Origin: Azolla caroliniana
Taxonomy: Eukaryota > Plantae > Polypodiophyta
DNA length: 64,000 bases
Assembly: GCA_043228905.1 (NCBI GenBank)
Contig: JBHGNT010000012.1
Location: forward strand, 16,802,001-16,866,000
Reading direction: 5' to 3'
How positions within the stretch are numbered: position 1 is the stretch's first letter; every line of letters starts with the position of its first letter. Below are positions 39,660-52,925 of the stretch, piece by piece. The translations under genes and the position numbers were made by a program. A model generated the notes under the pieces. The model was not told where the DNA came from. It did not search any database and worked only from the letters and a program-made list of their open reading frames with translations.

Positions 39660-42600
39660 CGTGATTCCGCAACCACGCAACGAAGTCGCGAAGAGCTGAT
39701 CTACCACGCAAAGCCGCGAAGAAAGACGCAAGCTGAAGCACAGACTTCGTAACTACGCACAACGCAAGCTGGAGCACGGATCCCGTAACTCCTCAGAAAT
39801 GCGAGTCGACGCGGACTCCGGAACGCAAGTCGAAGCGTATTTTTGGATACCGTCTGAAACCGACCCGACTTGAGCTTGAGGGGGCGTGTTGAGAATCAAG
39901 CTCAACTTGGTCTAGTGTGTGAACTCACCTTGAGAGTGAATAGACACTCCAACAGTCAAGAGTCACCATTAAGTCACCACTTTGTATTCTAGCATTTAGT
40001 ATGAGTCATAGAATCATATTCTATGACACATAACTTATGAGCTTTCACATTCCCCATGCTTCATGAGTCATGTAGTTAATGAAGAGAGAGGGTGACTATA
40101 TAAAGCACCCTCCTCCCTCCTTGTATACCGTTGAGTCTTTCTCCTTTGTTAATATACTTAACCTTGCGTATTCTCTGTGTTTTACTCCTTGTCTCTCTCA
40201 CTCTCTCTCTCACACACATATACACACATAACTCATATCTCTTCCGCTTCACAAGAATCCATCTCTTGATTCTTTACAGCCCGAAATGGGCTAATGCAGG
40301 TGGAGACTTGCACAATTGTGTTGTAGGCATGCGTAACGAAGGGCAAGATCCGGTCCTAGGTTGAGTGCAGCGGATAGATGTGGGCCGAGATTTATTGTTT
40401 TAAGGTTCGATTGAGGCGCTCTGTCAATCCATTCGTCTGCGGATGGTAGGGTGACATGAATAATTGTTGGATTCCTAATTGTGTAGAAACTAGGCGTAGG
40501 AGCTCGATGTTGAACTGGGGTCCTCGATCAGACAAGATTTAGAGTGGGCAACCGTGGGGGAAGATGATTTTCTCCAATAGTTTGGAGGCGATGGTCATAG
40601 CCTTGACATTTGGGATAGCGGCCGTCTTAGCCCAACGCGTCAAGTACTCGGTTATGACGAGGATGAATTAGTTCCCTTCTTGTGACTCGGGAAAGGGGCC
40701 CATAATGTCCCATCTAATGATTTCAAATGGAGCTTGAACTTGTATCAGATGTAAGAGGCCTTGAGCCACTTGAGGTGATTTGATGGCTTGACATAAGTTG
40801 CATGCTTTGATGTAGGAGGCGACCTCGTGGCGTAGCCCCGGCCAATAGAATTTGCAACGGATTTTGTCTAGCACCTTATGAAAACCCAAGTGGCCGGACA
40901 ACGAGTGATCGTGGAAGAAACGAAGGTAAGACAGGCGCAGTTGCTCAGGCACATAGACTCGGGGTTCCTTGCCTACTTGGCAAAAAAGCAGGACATTATC
41001 CTAGACCATGAATTGCTTGGTGAGGGATGATGTGGGCTTGGCTCGTAGGCGGTGGCAGATGTCTTGGATTTTTTTGTCATGTTGTTGCATGTTGGCCATT
41101 TGGGATGAGGATATAGAGAAATCGATGGTGTTAGAGGCGATCTGGTTCGCCTAAAAGGATATGCGGGATAATCCATCGGCGACGATGTTTTAGGGACCGC
41201 GACGATAGCGCAGAGTGAATGTGTAATCTTGTAGCGCCAAAGCCCAACGGAGTAAGCAACCGGGTGGATGAGCCTTCTTTATGAGGGAGAGCAATGGCTG
41301 ATGGTCGGTTTCGATTGATGTATTTGATCCGTGTAGGTATGGGTGGAAACGATGGAATGCCCAGACGATGGCGAGCAACTCTTTTTCGGTTGTCGAGTAA
41401 TTTTGTTCGGCTTTGGTAAGTGACCGACTTATGTAGGCAATCATGCGGAGTTGGTCGTTGTCGTCGAATTGGAGCAGGACCGCACCAAGGCCGACATTGG
41501 AGGCATCCGTCTGCAGATGGAAAGGCTTCGTGAAATCAGGGTGGGCCAAGAGGTTAGAGGCTTGGAGTGTTCGCTTGAGTTGCAAGAAGCTGGATTCGCA
41601 GGCTTCAGTCCATAGGAAGGGTGCGTCTTTTTGCAGGAGCGTGCGTAGTGGGGAGGACAGGTCGGCTAGCTGTGGGATGAAGTGGAGAGAGAACATGAGG
41701 AGGCCGAGGAAGCGTTGAAGCTGCTTGACTGTGGTGGGGCGTGGGATTTTTTGGATTGCTTCCGTCTTCTCTAGGTCCATCTGTACTCTGTCGAAGGAGA
41801 TGACGTACCCGAGGAAGTGGAGGCGTGTACTACCCCATCAACACTTCTTCCATTGCAACTGCAATCGATAATGTTGAACACAAGTGAGGACCTCCCGAAG
41901 GACTTGAAGGTGTTACGCCCAAGTGCTCGTATGTATTTGAATATCGTCTAGATAGACGATGACGACGCGGTGGGTGATGAGATTATCGAAGATGGCGTTA
42001 GCCATTCGCTAGAATGTGCTCCCAGTATCAGATAGGCCGAAGGGCATTCGTGTGAACTGAAAAATGCCTTTCCTAGTGCGGAATGCAGTTTTGTGGGCAT
42101 CTTTAGGATTCATAGGGATTTGGCAATATCCCGAGGCCAGATCGAGGGAGGTGAAGTACTTTGATTTGCCGAGCTGGTCGAGGAGATCGTCGATACGAGG
42201 GAGAGGATATCGGTCATGGGTGGTGACATGGTTTATTTGTCGGAAGTCGACACAAAAACGGTAAGAGCCATCCCCTTTCTTTACCATGTGTGGCTCCGAG
42301 ATCCACTCGTTCTTGGAAGGTGTGATAATCCCCTGTTGTAGCATAGTTTTGACGGCGTTGTCGATGCGCTTGTGGTCGAGAGGCGAGCGACATCGGGGAG
42401 CTGTGTTGATGGGGCAGGCGTTGCCTGTAGGAATCGTGTGGTGGATCGGAAAACGGACCGAGGAAGGTTTTGCAGGTGGTGTAGAAAACGAGGGAAAGGT
42501 GGCTAGGAGCCGTCGGATGTCGTGGATGCGCTCTATCGGTGATACCAGGTACTGTGTGTTGCTAATGTGGGTGGTATCTCGCGGAGTAGTGAAGAGCGCG

Positions 42601-42944
42601 ATCGGAAGGTGATTGGGGAGGATGAGCTGTTGTGAGGAGAAATCGAGATAGGCTCGACTATGGAGGAACCAATCACAACCCAGGGTGATTGGGAACAACT
42701 GGCGTGGGAGGACGTAGAAACGATGTTGGATCTGGGCGGAACAAATGGTGAGCATGCACATGACTTGCGTATGTGAGTGGTACAACCATTGTTGGTCGCC
42801 GAAGAGGATTTTAATGTGCGGTACGTGGCTCGTGGGAAGTTGTAATTGGGTGACTACATCTGCACTGATGGAAGAGATGCTACTGCCGGATTCGAGGAGA
42901 ACTTCTTGGGTTGTGTGCTGGAGGCTGGCAATTGTGGTACAAAC

Positions 42945-43170
42945 GGACGAAGTTGATGACGTGGAGGCGTGAACATGCGAGGTCAGCTCGATCATGGTAT
43001 AAACGGGAGAAGTTGATGACATGGAGGCGTGGACGTACGGGGACGGCTCAATCGTGGGAGAAACGAGAGAAGTTGATGACGTGGAGGCGTGGACGTGCGG
43101 GGGCGGCTCAATCGTGGGAGAAACGGGAGAAGTTGATGACGTGGAGGTGTGGACGTGCGGGGGCGGCTCT
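42945..43170 (-). repeat. 60-bp tandem repeat (x~4) encoding HVHASTSSTSPVSPTIEPPP at the start of pol
   Basis: Visible 60-nt periodicity in lines 42961-43170. Confidence 0.9.
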
Positions 43171-44405
43171 CCTTGTGGCACCCCGAGCATTAGTTTTCCG
43201 AGAGCTCAGAGAGGGAGGCAGTGTCGGCTAATTGGACGTTCTGCTTCTGTTGTTGATTTTGCCATTTTCGGCAATGACGCCGAATGTGGCCATAGTTGTT
43301 GGAGTAGAAACATTTGAGGCGTCCCTAGCTGTCTCGTTCGGGCAATGCATGCTTGGCGTGTAATTGCACGTTCTGGATGTCAATGTCCATGGGAGTGGCG
43401 ACTGGCATAGTGTTTGTATACCTGAGATTACCTGGTGTGGTGTGTGCATGTCGTGCGCGTCTGCAGCTTCGATGCGTTGGGTGGTGAGGATGGCTTTGTG
43501 TAATGTCGTCGGGCCTTGTTCGCGTACACGGTGGCGGAGGTCATGTTGGATACGCGGCCAGAAGAAAAACAAATTCATGTCTTCCGATATGTTGGCGTCA
43601 GCCCGACGTAGGATTTGCACAAACCGAACCGCGAACCGGGTGATGGGTTTGCGTGGCTGTTGGGCCATTGACTCGAGTTGTTGTAGGGCCGTCTGGCGGG
43701 AGTCTTGATGAGCAAAATTCCGAATCATGGCTGCCTGTAACAGATCCCAGTCGTTGCGTGTCTCTTCGGGTTGTTGTACGAGCCATGTTGTTGTGATATT
43801 CTCGAGGAGTGTCTTCATTTCCATTGCCTTCCGGGGGTGTGGTCACTGGTGGTAACTAGCCACCATTTTGAAATGATCCAGCCAAGAGAGGATGTCTTCC
43901 GATGGTAGGCCAGAGAATGGTTTTGGGCGAACTCGAGGGTCCGGGAGATTCTGTTGTGGCTCGGATCGTGCTGAAAGAAATGACAACATGCCTTGGTTAG
44001 TATGGTTAACTTGTAAAATAATGTTGGATAGGGCTTGAACCAGTTGGTCGATTGGCGATGTGGGCTGATGGTCGGGAATTTGTTGTTGTAGGAATTCCGG
44101 ACTCATTGAGTTTGCGTTGTCACTGTTGTTGTCGTGTTGCATCGTGGCGTGTGTTGTTGGGGTTGCTTTGCCCGTCTTCTCCACCAAGATGTGAAATGCT
44201 CTCAAGAATAGCCTCCCTTTCCATTACGTTCCAAGTTACATTTTATAGACTACTCTTAGCGTGGAGGGTGTTCTCCCGCTCCAATTAGCTCTTCTAATTA
44301 TGGGGGCTTGGTAGGGGTCTAATTTGGATGGCCTAATTTGGGTGTGGTCCATGTGACCGCCACAGAAGGAGTTGTTTTTTTGGAAAAAAAAAGAATTCCA
44401 TTGTT

Positions 44406-44914
44406 CATCCTATATCTAATGAACGTGTAAGAAAACCCCCTTTTGAGGCTGCTTCATCCGGACATTCTTCAACAAAACCCCTTTAATCTGCTTAAAGTAA
44501 ATGAATGGCAAACATTGCTTTATCACGTACAACATGATTGGGAAATTTCTGTACTTCAGCACTTGCTATAGTTGCTGCATTTGTGGACAACAAACCTTCC
44601 ATTATATGCATGCCCCTTGGAATTCCTTCATCTCCACAACCATAATAACAAGTGGAGAATTGAATTGTGAAATCTTTACAAACTGGTAGTATATCCTTAA
44701 TTGATATCAATTTCTGGTCCGACACAAAAATTCGTGCATTGTCATCATTGAGAATATACTTGTATGAGACTTCCCTACCATCAATAGTCCGCTTTATCAC
44801 AAGAGGAGAATAATCCTTCATTCCATTAAACGTTACCTTAATAAGCCTTACAATATGCAATATCTTACCCATTGTTGGAATGATTTCATTCAATTGATGT
44901 GATGAACAAATCAC
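44406..44914 (-). pseudogene. Unidentified decayed ORF that appears to continue across the LINE insertion
   Basis: 140-aa ORF of ordinary composition; the frame continues with stops through 44406 and into 33855 and below. Confidence 0.3.
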
Positions 44915-46727
44915 ACAACATTTAACTTCAAGGTTGGCATGGCTCGCTCATCAAAAGGTTACATATGTGAAAGAATATGCTCAAAAAGAGAAGAAGGATG
45001 TAGAGATGGTGGGTGACAATGGTTATTTTAAAGGATTTAGCCACTTTAGAGGATTTGACAACTACATCGTACGAGCCAAAATTCTCTTTGGATTCTTGTA
45101 CTCATGAATTATGTTAAAAGACTTTATGGGAATACAAAATTAAATGGAACAATCTTCTTGTCAACGTTGTGTCTTGGAGTGTTATTGTTGAAACTCTTAA
45201 TTCATAGGTTTAGACAATAGTAAACATAAGGGGAAAAAAAAATGATCACATAACAATATGCTTACACTTTTCGTTAATATCATTGTAGTGCTCAGTTCAC
45301 AATCAACTTTCCTCGTCGTTGATAGATATCTATACAAATCTACCATAGGACATAAATAGGACTCGAGACTTAAGATAAAATTATATTACCAAAAAAATAT
45401 GCAATCTAGTAGAATCACAATAATGCTTTGTTCTTCGATCTCTTTTCCATGTTTGATCACTTGTTTATATAGAATAATATGTAGAAATAATCACAAAAGA
45501 GATTAGGATACATGGTGTATTCTATCGCGTTCTTGATTACATTCTAAAATAAAAATGCATTTGTACACCTAGTCCATACTAGGTTATGCTTGCATATTAC
45601 TTAATAGCTAATAATTACATATTTTATGAGGTCACAAGTCTAATTGTCAACTACCTACTAGTTACTTAATTGCTCCCTTGATTCCTTGACGTAGATGAAC
45701 ACATCTAAAATTTTCTATTTGTGGTGCGTTTGGCCCTCGACTTGCTTGTGGGATAATGGATAATTGTTTGAAATACCAACTAGGTAAGTCCTTGCATTTT
45801 TTAGAATATAATTCAATTTCCGGTCAACAGACCACATGTTGTTAACCATTTGGTGAGGGACATATAATATTGAATAAGACATAAATATAAAATAATATAA
45901 GAAGAATAGGGACACACTTAGAACTAAAATATTTGGTCACCTTTAACAAGTGGTGGTCCATAAATCTAAGGCTCATGAGCCTCATGAATTGAATAGGGAC
46001 AAAGATTTACCGAAACCAATTATTGCACATCTCTCTTACTTTTTATGGGGAAATTCCAATTTATAAATTGGATTAAACAATAGTTGAAGATAATTGTATT
46101 GTCATAAAGTTATGCGCATGCGTGCGAAAAGGTGAGTGGGACCAATGGGAACCTAAACCAAGGAAGATGGTTCGTAAATAAAAAGTCATAGGGGTTGATT
46201 GTTATGAAGGCGCCCCGTCATGTTAGATTCATCGAGCCAATTTGCAAGTTTGTGTGAACATGAACCATGAAGGAGTTGAATGAATAAACTTTAGAGCATG
46301 AAATTTCTAGGGAAATGTTGATATGAGTATCCTTATATATTACGTATGATAGCATATAGATGTATGTATATGCATATTAGTATGTAAATACTAACATGTA
46401 AAGTATATGTACATGCTTGTGTGATTGCATGTCATGTGGAATTGTGGAATTGTGTGTGTGTGTGATTATGTATACTAGTAAGTGTGTAAATATGTATATA
46501 AATATGTTTATGTGAGTGAGTATACGTAGATTAAGGTGTATGTGTGTGGGTTGATATGTATGCGTGTACGTACATGAGTATGTGAATTTGTACGTATATA
46601 AGTGTGTAAATTTACATGTGTATTAAATGGGGTGTGTATATTGGTTTATATTTTTCAATGTCTATGTATGTATGTATCTATAACGTGCATGTGAATATGT
46701 CTAAGCATAAGTGTATACACATATGTG

Positions 46728-49222
46728 TTTTTATTTTTATTTTTATTTTAAAGATTTAGATATCCTATCATTAGTGTAAACATTTTACAAGATTTTAAAA
46801 TTCTATGTGATCGGCGGGGGAAATAACCATTTCAGAGGCTGAAAATGCCAATAAGGAGTGCCGTAATTGGATATCATGAATGGAGTAGCTGTCCAAAAGA
46901 TAAGAAACTCATGTTGTTGAGCAATTTTAGCATCAGAATCTCCAACTATACCATCCCATTGACCCTTTAGAGTATGAACGATGTCTAACCAAATATTTGA
47001 AACCAATTCAGTTGGTGATGTTTTAAGTTGATGGAAAATGAGACAGAACCGAGCCTTCCGGATGTGATATACAATGGTACTACTCAATATCTCCCATATT
47101 GGTTGGACTTCCTTCTGTATTCCTGAAAACTGTAATGACATCAATGGTAATGTATGAACACTTCCAGATTTAGTGTAAAATCCACGGTCCATATGTTCGG
47201 TGTCATAATGGAACGCATCATGGACAAAAGATGTCCAAACCACAATGCCCCAAGTGAAAACCAATGGGGAAAATAGTTAGCAAAAATTCTAAGGAGACAT
47301 TGTCATATTGGTTAAGACTCAATGCGTTCCCATAAACAATGTTTTTGAGTTTCCATTTGTAAATGGCATCAAGCACAACCAAAAGATACTCCCATCCTAT
47401 GCTACCATGTGCCAATTGGCAAGGCTCGGTGTACAAGTAATCATTGTACATGCAATATTTGGTGTGACCGTTTTCTTGCCCATAAGATAACCCAGAAGTT
47501 TGCAAGGAATTGGGGAGTAATACCTTGTTGATTCCAATATTGAAATGCAGATGGTACATCCCATATATATCTGAAAGCACATGTCTTCCCAAGTGTACAG
47601 AATATTGGAAGAAATTGAACTTGTTACATGTAAAAGGATCTGTCCATTGATAATCAATTGGGTTCCAATCTAATATGAATATCGTTTTTTTTAGCCAACA
47701 CCCACAACTTCCAATGTGCTCTTATTTCCTCTATCATTGGATCAATATACCATTTACAGTTTGCATAACCGATGACCCTTATCTTGTGTTCAATAGCATA
47801 AGGGCAATCTATCACCATTTCCCTTGACTAAGACAATTGGTTTGTTTCATCCCCCTTTCATCCACCTCAAAAAGTTGGTAGGTCTTATCATATGAATACC
47901 CCTTAACAACCAAGAGTACTTCCAATCTTGAAAAAACCCCAACCCATCTATGGTTAGAGTTATTGGGTGGTATGGGGAGTCTACTCATTGCTTCTTGAAT
48001 TTGTTGATACATTATTTGGCCATCATGCCTAGGATTTCTTTTTGCTCTCCCCATGAACGCAATAAAAATTCTTGCCAGGTCTGAACTGTTTTCATAGGAC
48101 CATCAATCATTTCCCCCCACGATAACCATTGTCTAGAACCCAACACTAAACCATCTGATGTTGTAAACAATGGGTTCCAGATTATCCTTTGTATGAGATA
48201 CTCAAGATAATGTTTGGGGTTGGGTTTATTGCGAAGCAAACTAGGTAATACTCGTTTCCATGTTGCAAATAATGTCCTAATAAATTTGTCTTCCCATCTA
48301 TTGGCTGAAGGTACTCGGAAATTTTCCCTAAATATCTAATTTACCTCCTTCAACTATGGGCCACCTAAGCAAGGAGAGCAATCTGAATAACAGTCAAGCA
48401 ATAATACTTTCCATATCTCTTGCCCCGGTGTAAATCCTCTTAGAGCAACTTACTTAACAATGCTCTTGATTGGTCTATTGGATCAATAATACCTATTCTT
48501 CCTTTAGAACGAGGTAAGGTAATAAGATCCCATTTCACTTTAGACCGAGCATTGTCTTCTGTTTTATCGGACCACAAGAAATTACCAATCAATCTACACA
48601 TTTTCAGAATACACGACTTGGAGAATATCCAACATGACAAAACATACCACGTTGAAGCCAATAAAACCTGATTGGAAACTACAATCCGACCAACAAAAGA
48701 CAACTTGGCTGAACTCCATAATAACAACTTTTTCCGCAATGACAATAGGAGGGGCACCACTTGATTTTCCATTGAAAGATCAATACTTATCATACATCCT
48801 AGGTACCAAACTGGGCAACCTGATGGTATCCACCGAAATTATGGAGGTGGATTCCATAAAGGAGAATCTACTGTTGGGAGACAGGTCCCTCCGGATGGGA
48901 AGGGAGAAGAACAGTGCTGATGAACAAACTCGGCCGAGGCCGAAACCGTATGACGAGTACCCGGCTATGGAGAGCCGGATGGTGCAGACCCGGTGAGAAC
49001 CGGATGAGGAGTACCCGGCTACGGAGAGCCGGATGGTGCAGACCCGGTGAGGAGTGCTCACCGGATGAAGAGACATATTCGTAAATATGTTTATGAGAGT
49101 CCATCATGGCTATATTTGTAAATAGCCAAAAAGTCATATTAGTATAAATATGACTTAGGGCAAACTTTTAGTTGTGGTTGTTATTCTTGTTGGTGCAAGA
49201 AGAGAGAGAGTGCGTAACCGTG

Positions 49223-49272
<50 letters not shown>

Positions 49273-50560
49273 GGTCGTTGCCTCTGTTGAAACCGCCGCC
49301 TGTGGCGAAGATCGTGAGCACGAGGTCGTTGCCTTCGTGAACTCACTGTTGTACATTCTAACATAGTGATAGTTTGCAGCCTGTGGGCTGCCGTGGTTTT
49401 TTCCCTAGTTTGGGGTTTTCCACGTAAACATCTTGTGTACCCTTCTCTTCTTTGTGTCGTGAATTTATTTCCCGTTTTTCTATGTATGATTCTAAGCTCG
49501 GTTGTGGCCGAGCGTTGCGTATACGGAGCGTGCAGTTCCTGTCATCTACATCCCCCACCCAAAATGCAAAGGACTTGTTCCAATTGACTAGTGCACCTAA
49601 AGCCTTATAGAATGTGGATATGACCAATTCTGTTTTTTATAGATTTTCCAAATCACCTTTTAAGTAAAGGGTAGTGTCATCTACAAATTACCCTCTCGAA
49701 GAATTTGTTGGAATGTTGTACATAAAATTTGCTTTGAATAAGTCCCAATATTTAATGAAGAATGTTGGGGTTAGGCCATCCATACATGAACAACAATTTT
49801 TAGGCGAAGCTTGCAATGCTTCACTCAATTCATCATAAGTAAGAATGTCCTGAAGACGCACATTCATATCTTGTGTTATTCTTGGATTCAACTTATTCCA
49901 TACACAAGACCAACTTATTAAATCCTCATCGTAAACGGAAACAATTGATAATAGGTTGGAATAGTATCATGTAACTATTTCTCTCATAACTTGAGGTTAG
50001 ATGAGATGGTCCCATTCTCATGTTGTAGCTGTTTGAGTGAAACCGCATTATGATTGGTCTCATTGCATGAAAAAATTCAGCTATGCATTTATCACCCATT
50101 TGGGTCCAATTAGTTGCCCTATGATGATATTGAAATTCTGCACGCTTTTGTAATAGTACAACAAGTTCTTGTTTTGCTGACCTAAGTTTCTCAGCAATCC
50201 AAGTACAATGTGGATAACGTTCTTGTAACGTTGTAAAGAAACAAGAGAAGTACGTGACCGTTTCTCCTTTGCTGGCAGAATAGAAAACCTTTCCTTGGAT
50301 TTACACCTGAAAAATTCTAAAATACATCGTAAGCCATTAGCTCCCCGCATAGCCATTGATGAAAGAAACTTTCCGGATAAGTAAAATCTATCTAGGAGAG
50401 ATAAATTAGTACCATCTACACACCTATTTGATCTTGAAAACAAAAGTGAGGTGTTTGTATGCACTATCGAAGGAGCGTGCCAAGCATCTAACATTTGTAA
50501 GGAAAAAACCAATTGTTCCCTTAAGGCAAAAGTTGCATAGTTGCTACCTCATGTCCCCTT
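46728..50560 (-). mobile_element. Degenerate L1/Tx1-type LINE ORF2 (end of endonuclease, partial RT, zf-RVT, A-rich tail)
   Basis: SLLDRFYLS; DGLTPTFFIKYW; FVDDT; KLSFVGRIVVSNQVL..KVKWDLITLPRSKGRIGI; WLFPPP; (TTTTTA)n tail at ~46728-46750. Confidence 0.85.
48872..49544 (+). mobile_element. Copia solo LTR (673 bp) inserted in the LINE
   Basis: TG...CA ends with perfect 5-bp TSD TCTAC (48867-48871 and 49545-49549); TATAAATA; internal 57-bp tandem duplication. Confidence 0.93.
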
Positions 50561-50803
50561 AATATTACTTCCCCAAAATTGTCATAATTAACATATTTAT
50601 CAAAATGTAATGTTTGTTGTCTAACAACCAATCAAACATCCACTGCCACCCACATTTGTTTATCATATCCACAAAAAGGAAAGGTGTTGGTCGAGCAAGC
50701 CCAACCTGATCCGGATCGGTTGAGTAAGTTAGAACCGGATCGGTGTCCGGATCGGAGTGTAACCGATAGGCTGTTAGAGGCCTACGATCCTAGCCTAGTA
50801 CGT

Positions 50804-51514
50804 TGTCGTAGTGTAATTCGCACACTACGTGAAATATGTAAAAAAATATATCCGATTTAAGTACGCATAAATAAATAAAAGAAAATATTAAAAATATTGT
50901 TACATGCATAGGGCAAGATTCAAACCCTATACCTCCATGCAAACAAACCCAAACTTTACCATTGTACTAACTTATCATAAGTATTTAAATATAGATTTAA
51001 TAGGTATAAGACTTATATTTATGCCTATTTTTACAAAAAAGTAAATCATGCACTAGAGTGCGTGAAAACTTTATTTGGAAGAAAAAGGCAAGTCAATTAC
51101 TCATGCACATCTAGTGTGCATGAGCACTATATTTAGGAAATAAAAAAGCATGGTTGAAAAAGACAACTCATGCACATCTAGTGTGCATGAACACTTCAGG
51201 AAAAATCATGATGTTATGCTTAGCCTCTTCCATCACTATATAAGGAAGAGAGAAAATATGTATATGGTTGTTGATTTTTTATAAGGGTTGATTAATATAA
51301 AATATTCGTGGGAATTCACGATTTTGCCATCTATTTCTCTCTTACAATCTAAGTATCAATTAATGCACTATACTCGTGGGATTCACGAGTTTCACATCTT
51401 CATCTTGCAATCTATTCGTAACAAACCGTATCTCATATTCTTCTTTCTCCTAGTTCAAAACTCCAGCGGTTCCCACTTGACTCATGCAACGATCCGACAC
51501 CGAAAGGCACGACA
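50804..51514 (+). mobile_element. Solo LTR (711 bp) with 4-bp ACGT TSD, nested in the copia LTR
   Basis: ACGT|TGTCGT...ACGACA|ACGT; TATATAA at ~51237; palindromic repeats CTCATGCACA-TCTAG-TGTGCATGAG. Confidence 0.88.
50906..50969 (-). other. Degenerate tRNA-like cassette in LTR U3, antisense
   Basis: Minus strand TAGTACAATGGTAAAG...GGAGGTATAGGGTTTGAATCTTG; same layout as 10555-10622. Confidence 0.6.
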
Positions 51515-52925
51515 ACGTATGCATATTTTTAGGAGTTAGTGTCGGTCATTCCTACGAGCATTGAAGTACATGTCAGTCCTTTTAAGGACTTGTATAAAAG
51601 CGCTCACTGAGCACATTGTATGTACAAAGTGTTATTATTTTGAATTGAGTTCACTATTCTACTCTCTCTGGCTCTCCTACTCTCTCTCCCTCTGTCTCTG
51701 TGTTTTGTGAAGCTTCCATTAAACCTGCACATATTATCTATCGATATCTGGTGACGTCGGTTACAACTACGAGCTTCCGCACGTAACTCTTTTCATGGTA
51801 TCAGAGTGCGAGGGTTGAAAATCCTTAGCTGTTGACAGAAAGCGCTAAGTAGACAAGAAAACCTAAGTTGCGGAAAAGAATAGGCTTAAGAAAGATGGAC
51901 AGAGGAATGGCTAGCTCGCTTCCAACGGAAAAGCTTGAGAGAAGCAACTTTGCATCTTGGTCTTACAAGATGCACCAGTACCTGTTCAGACACAATTACT
52001 TGAGCTATGTTGAAGGAGCGAATGAAGGGGGAATGAAGTAGCGTCGGAGCCGGCACATAAGGACTTCCCGGCATGGGAGCAAGGAGTGAGCAAAGTGTTG
52101 TATTGCCTTGCATCCTGTGTGCATGACCAGATGCTCGGCTACATCAGAGATGCGAAAATGCCGAAGGAGGCTTGGGAAAATCTCAAAACGATTTTCACCG
52201 CAAGTACCACAACCTGTAAGTTACAGCTCCGGCAAGAGCTCAACAACATCCAGCAAGGGGATATGTCAGTTACAGATTATACCACTAAGATAAAGGAGAT
52301 CTGTGATGCATTAGGGTCCATCAACATAGTGGACGAAGACAAGATAGTCCAGATCTGCCTTGGTGGTCTAGCGTAGAGGTACGGGCCTATCTGGACAATG
52401 ATTTGCACCCGGGAGAAGCTACTTCCCTTCTTTGACTTGTAATCAATGTTGATGGTCGAAGAAAACCACGCGAGTGGATCGAGGACCACTCAATCGGACA
52501 ACCGGATACTGTACATAGAGGCAGATCGGCCCCACAGGCATGACAAACGAGGTGGATCGGTCCGGTAGTGAATATGACGACGGTTCGTGTGGTGTTGGTA
52601 GTTGAAAAGCAAGGCAGAGAAAAAAGCTCATAACTTCTTCATCTCATATCCAAATTTCAAAAGAAAAGATTCGTTGACAAAGAGAACTTTCTTGTATGAA
52701 AATTTGGGACGACAAAGAAGAAATAGTGATATAATAAAACGCCTCAACTCGAGGATATGTAAAAAGAAAAGAAAAGAAAAAAGCAACTAAAAACTTATAA
52801 ATAGGAAGGTATTCTTAGCAATTAGGGGGGAGGGAGAATACAATATCTACAAGGAGAAGTAAGGAAGAATAAGAAGATTAGAAGAAGTGAGAAAATGCTT
52901 AGTAGAAGAAAGAAGGAAAGACTAT

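Larger units (their letters stand above)
35059..40278 (+). mobile_element. Full-length Ty1/copia element with rearranged integrase
   Basis: LTRs 35059-35454 and 39887-40278 (TG..CA; ~4 substitutions plus microsatellite differences). 5-bp TSD GCCCG, PBS TGGTATCAGAGC (tRNA-iMet), PPT GAGGGGGCG. Confidence 0.97.
34382..44364 (-). mobile_element. Full-length degenerate non-chromovirus Ty3/gypsy element with short LTRs
   Basis: LTRs 44190-44364 and 34382-34558 (~175 bp, near-identical). 4-bp TSD GAAG, confirmed against the empty site at ~54011-54020. PBS TGGTGGAGAAG (tRNA-Ala-like), PPT AAGGGGGAAC. Contains gag, PR, RT (YRFCVDFR, SLDLASGY, YLDD), RNase H (QTDASNVGLGAVL) and IN (HSLSGHLG..CNLC, WDIMGP). 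Confidence 0.92.
33856..44390 (+). mobile_element. 5'-truncated L1-type LINE (~550 bp of own sequence) split by the gypsy/copia nest
   Basis: TSD AAGAATTCCATTGTT at 33841-33855 and 44391-44405; A-tail at 44384-44390. Body 33866-34381 plus 44369-44390 is homologous to 53465-54045. Confidence 0.88.
50685..52570 (+). mobile_element. Truncated copia element: 5' LTR (interrupted), PBS and degenerate gag
   Basis: LTR TGTTGG(50685)...TTTCA(51795); PBS TGGTATCAGAG; gag MASSLPTEKLERSNFASWSYKMHQYL, related to the gag at 35614. Confidence 0.85.
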
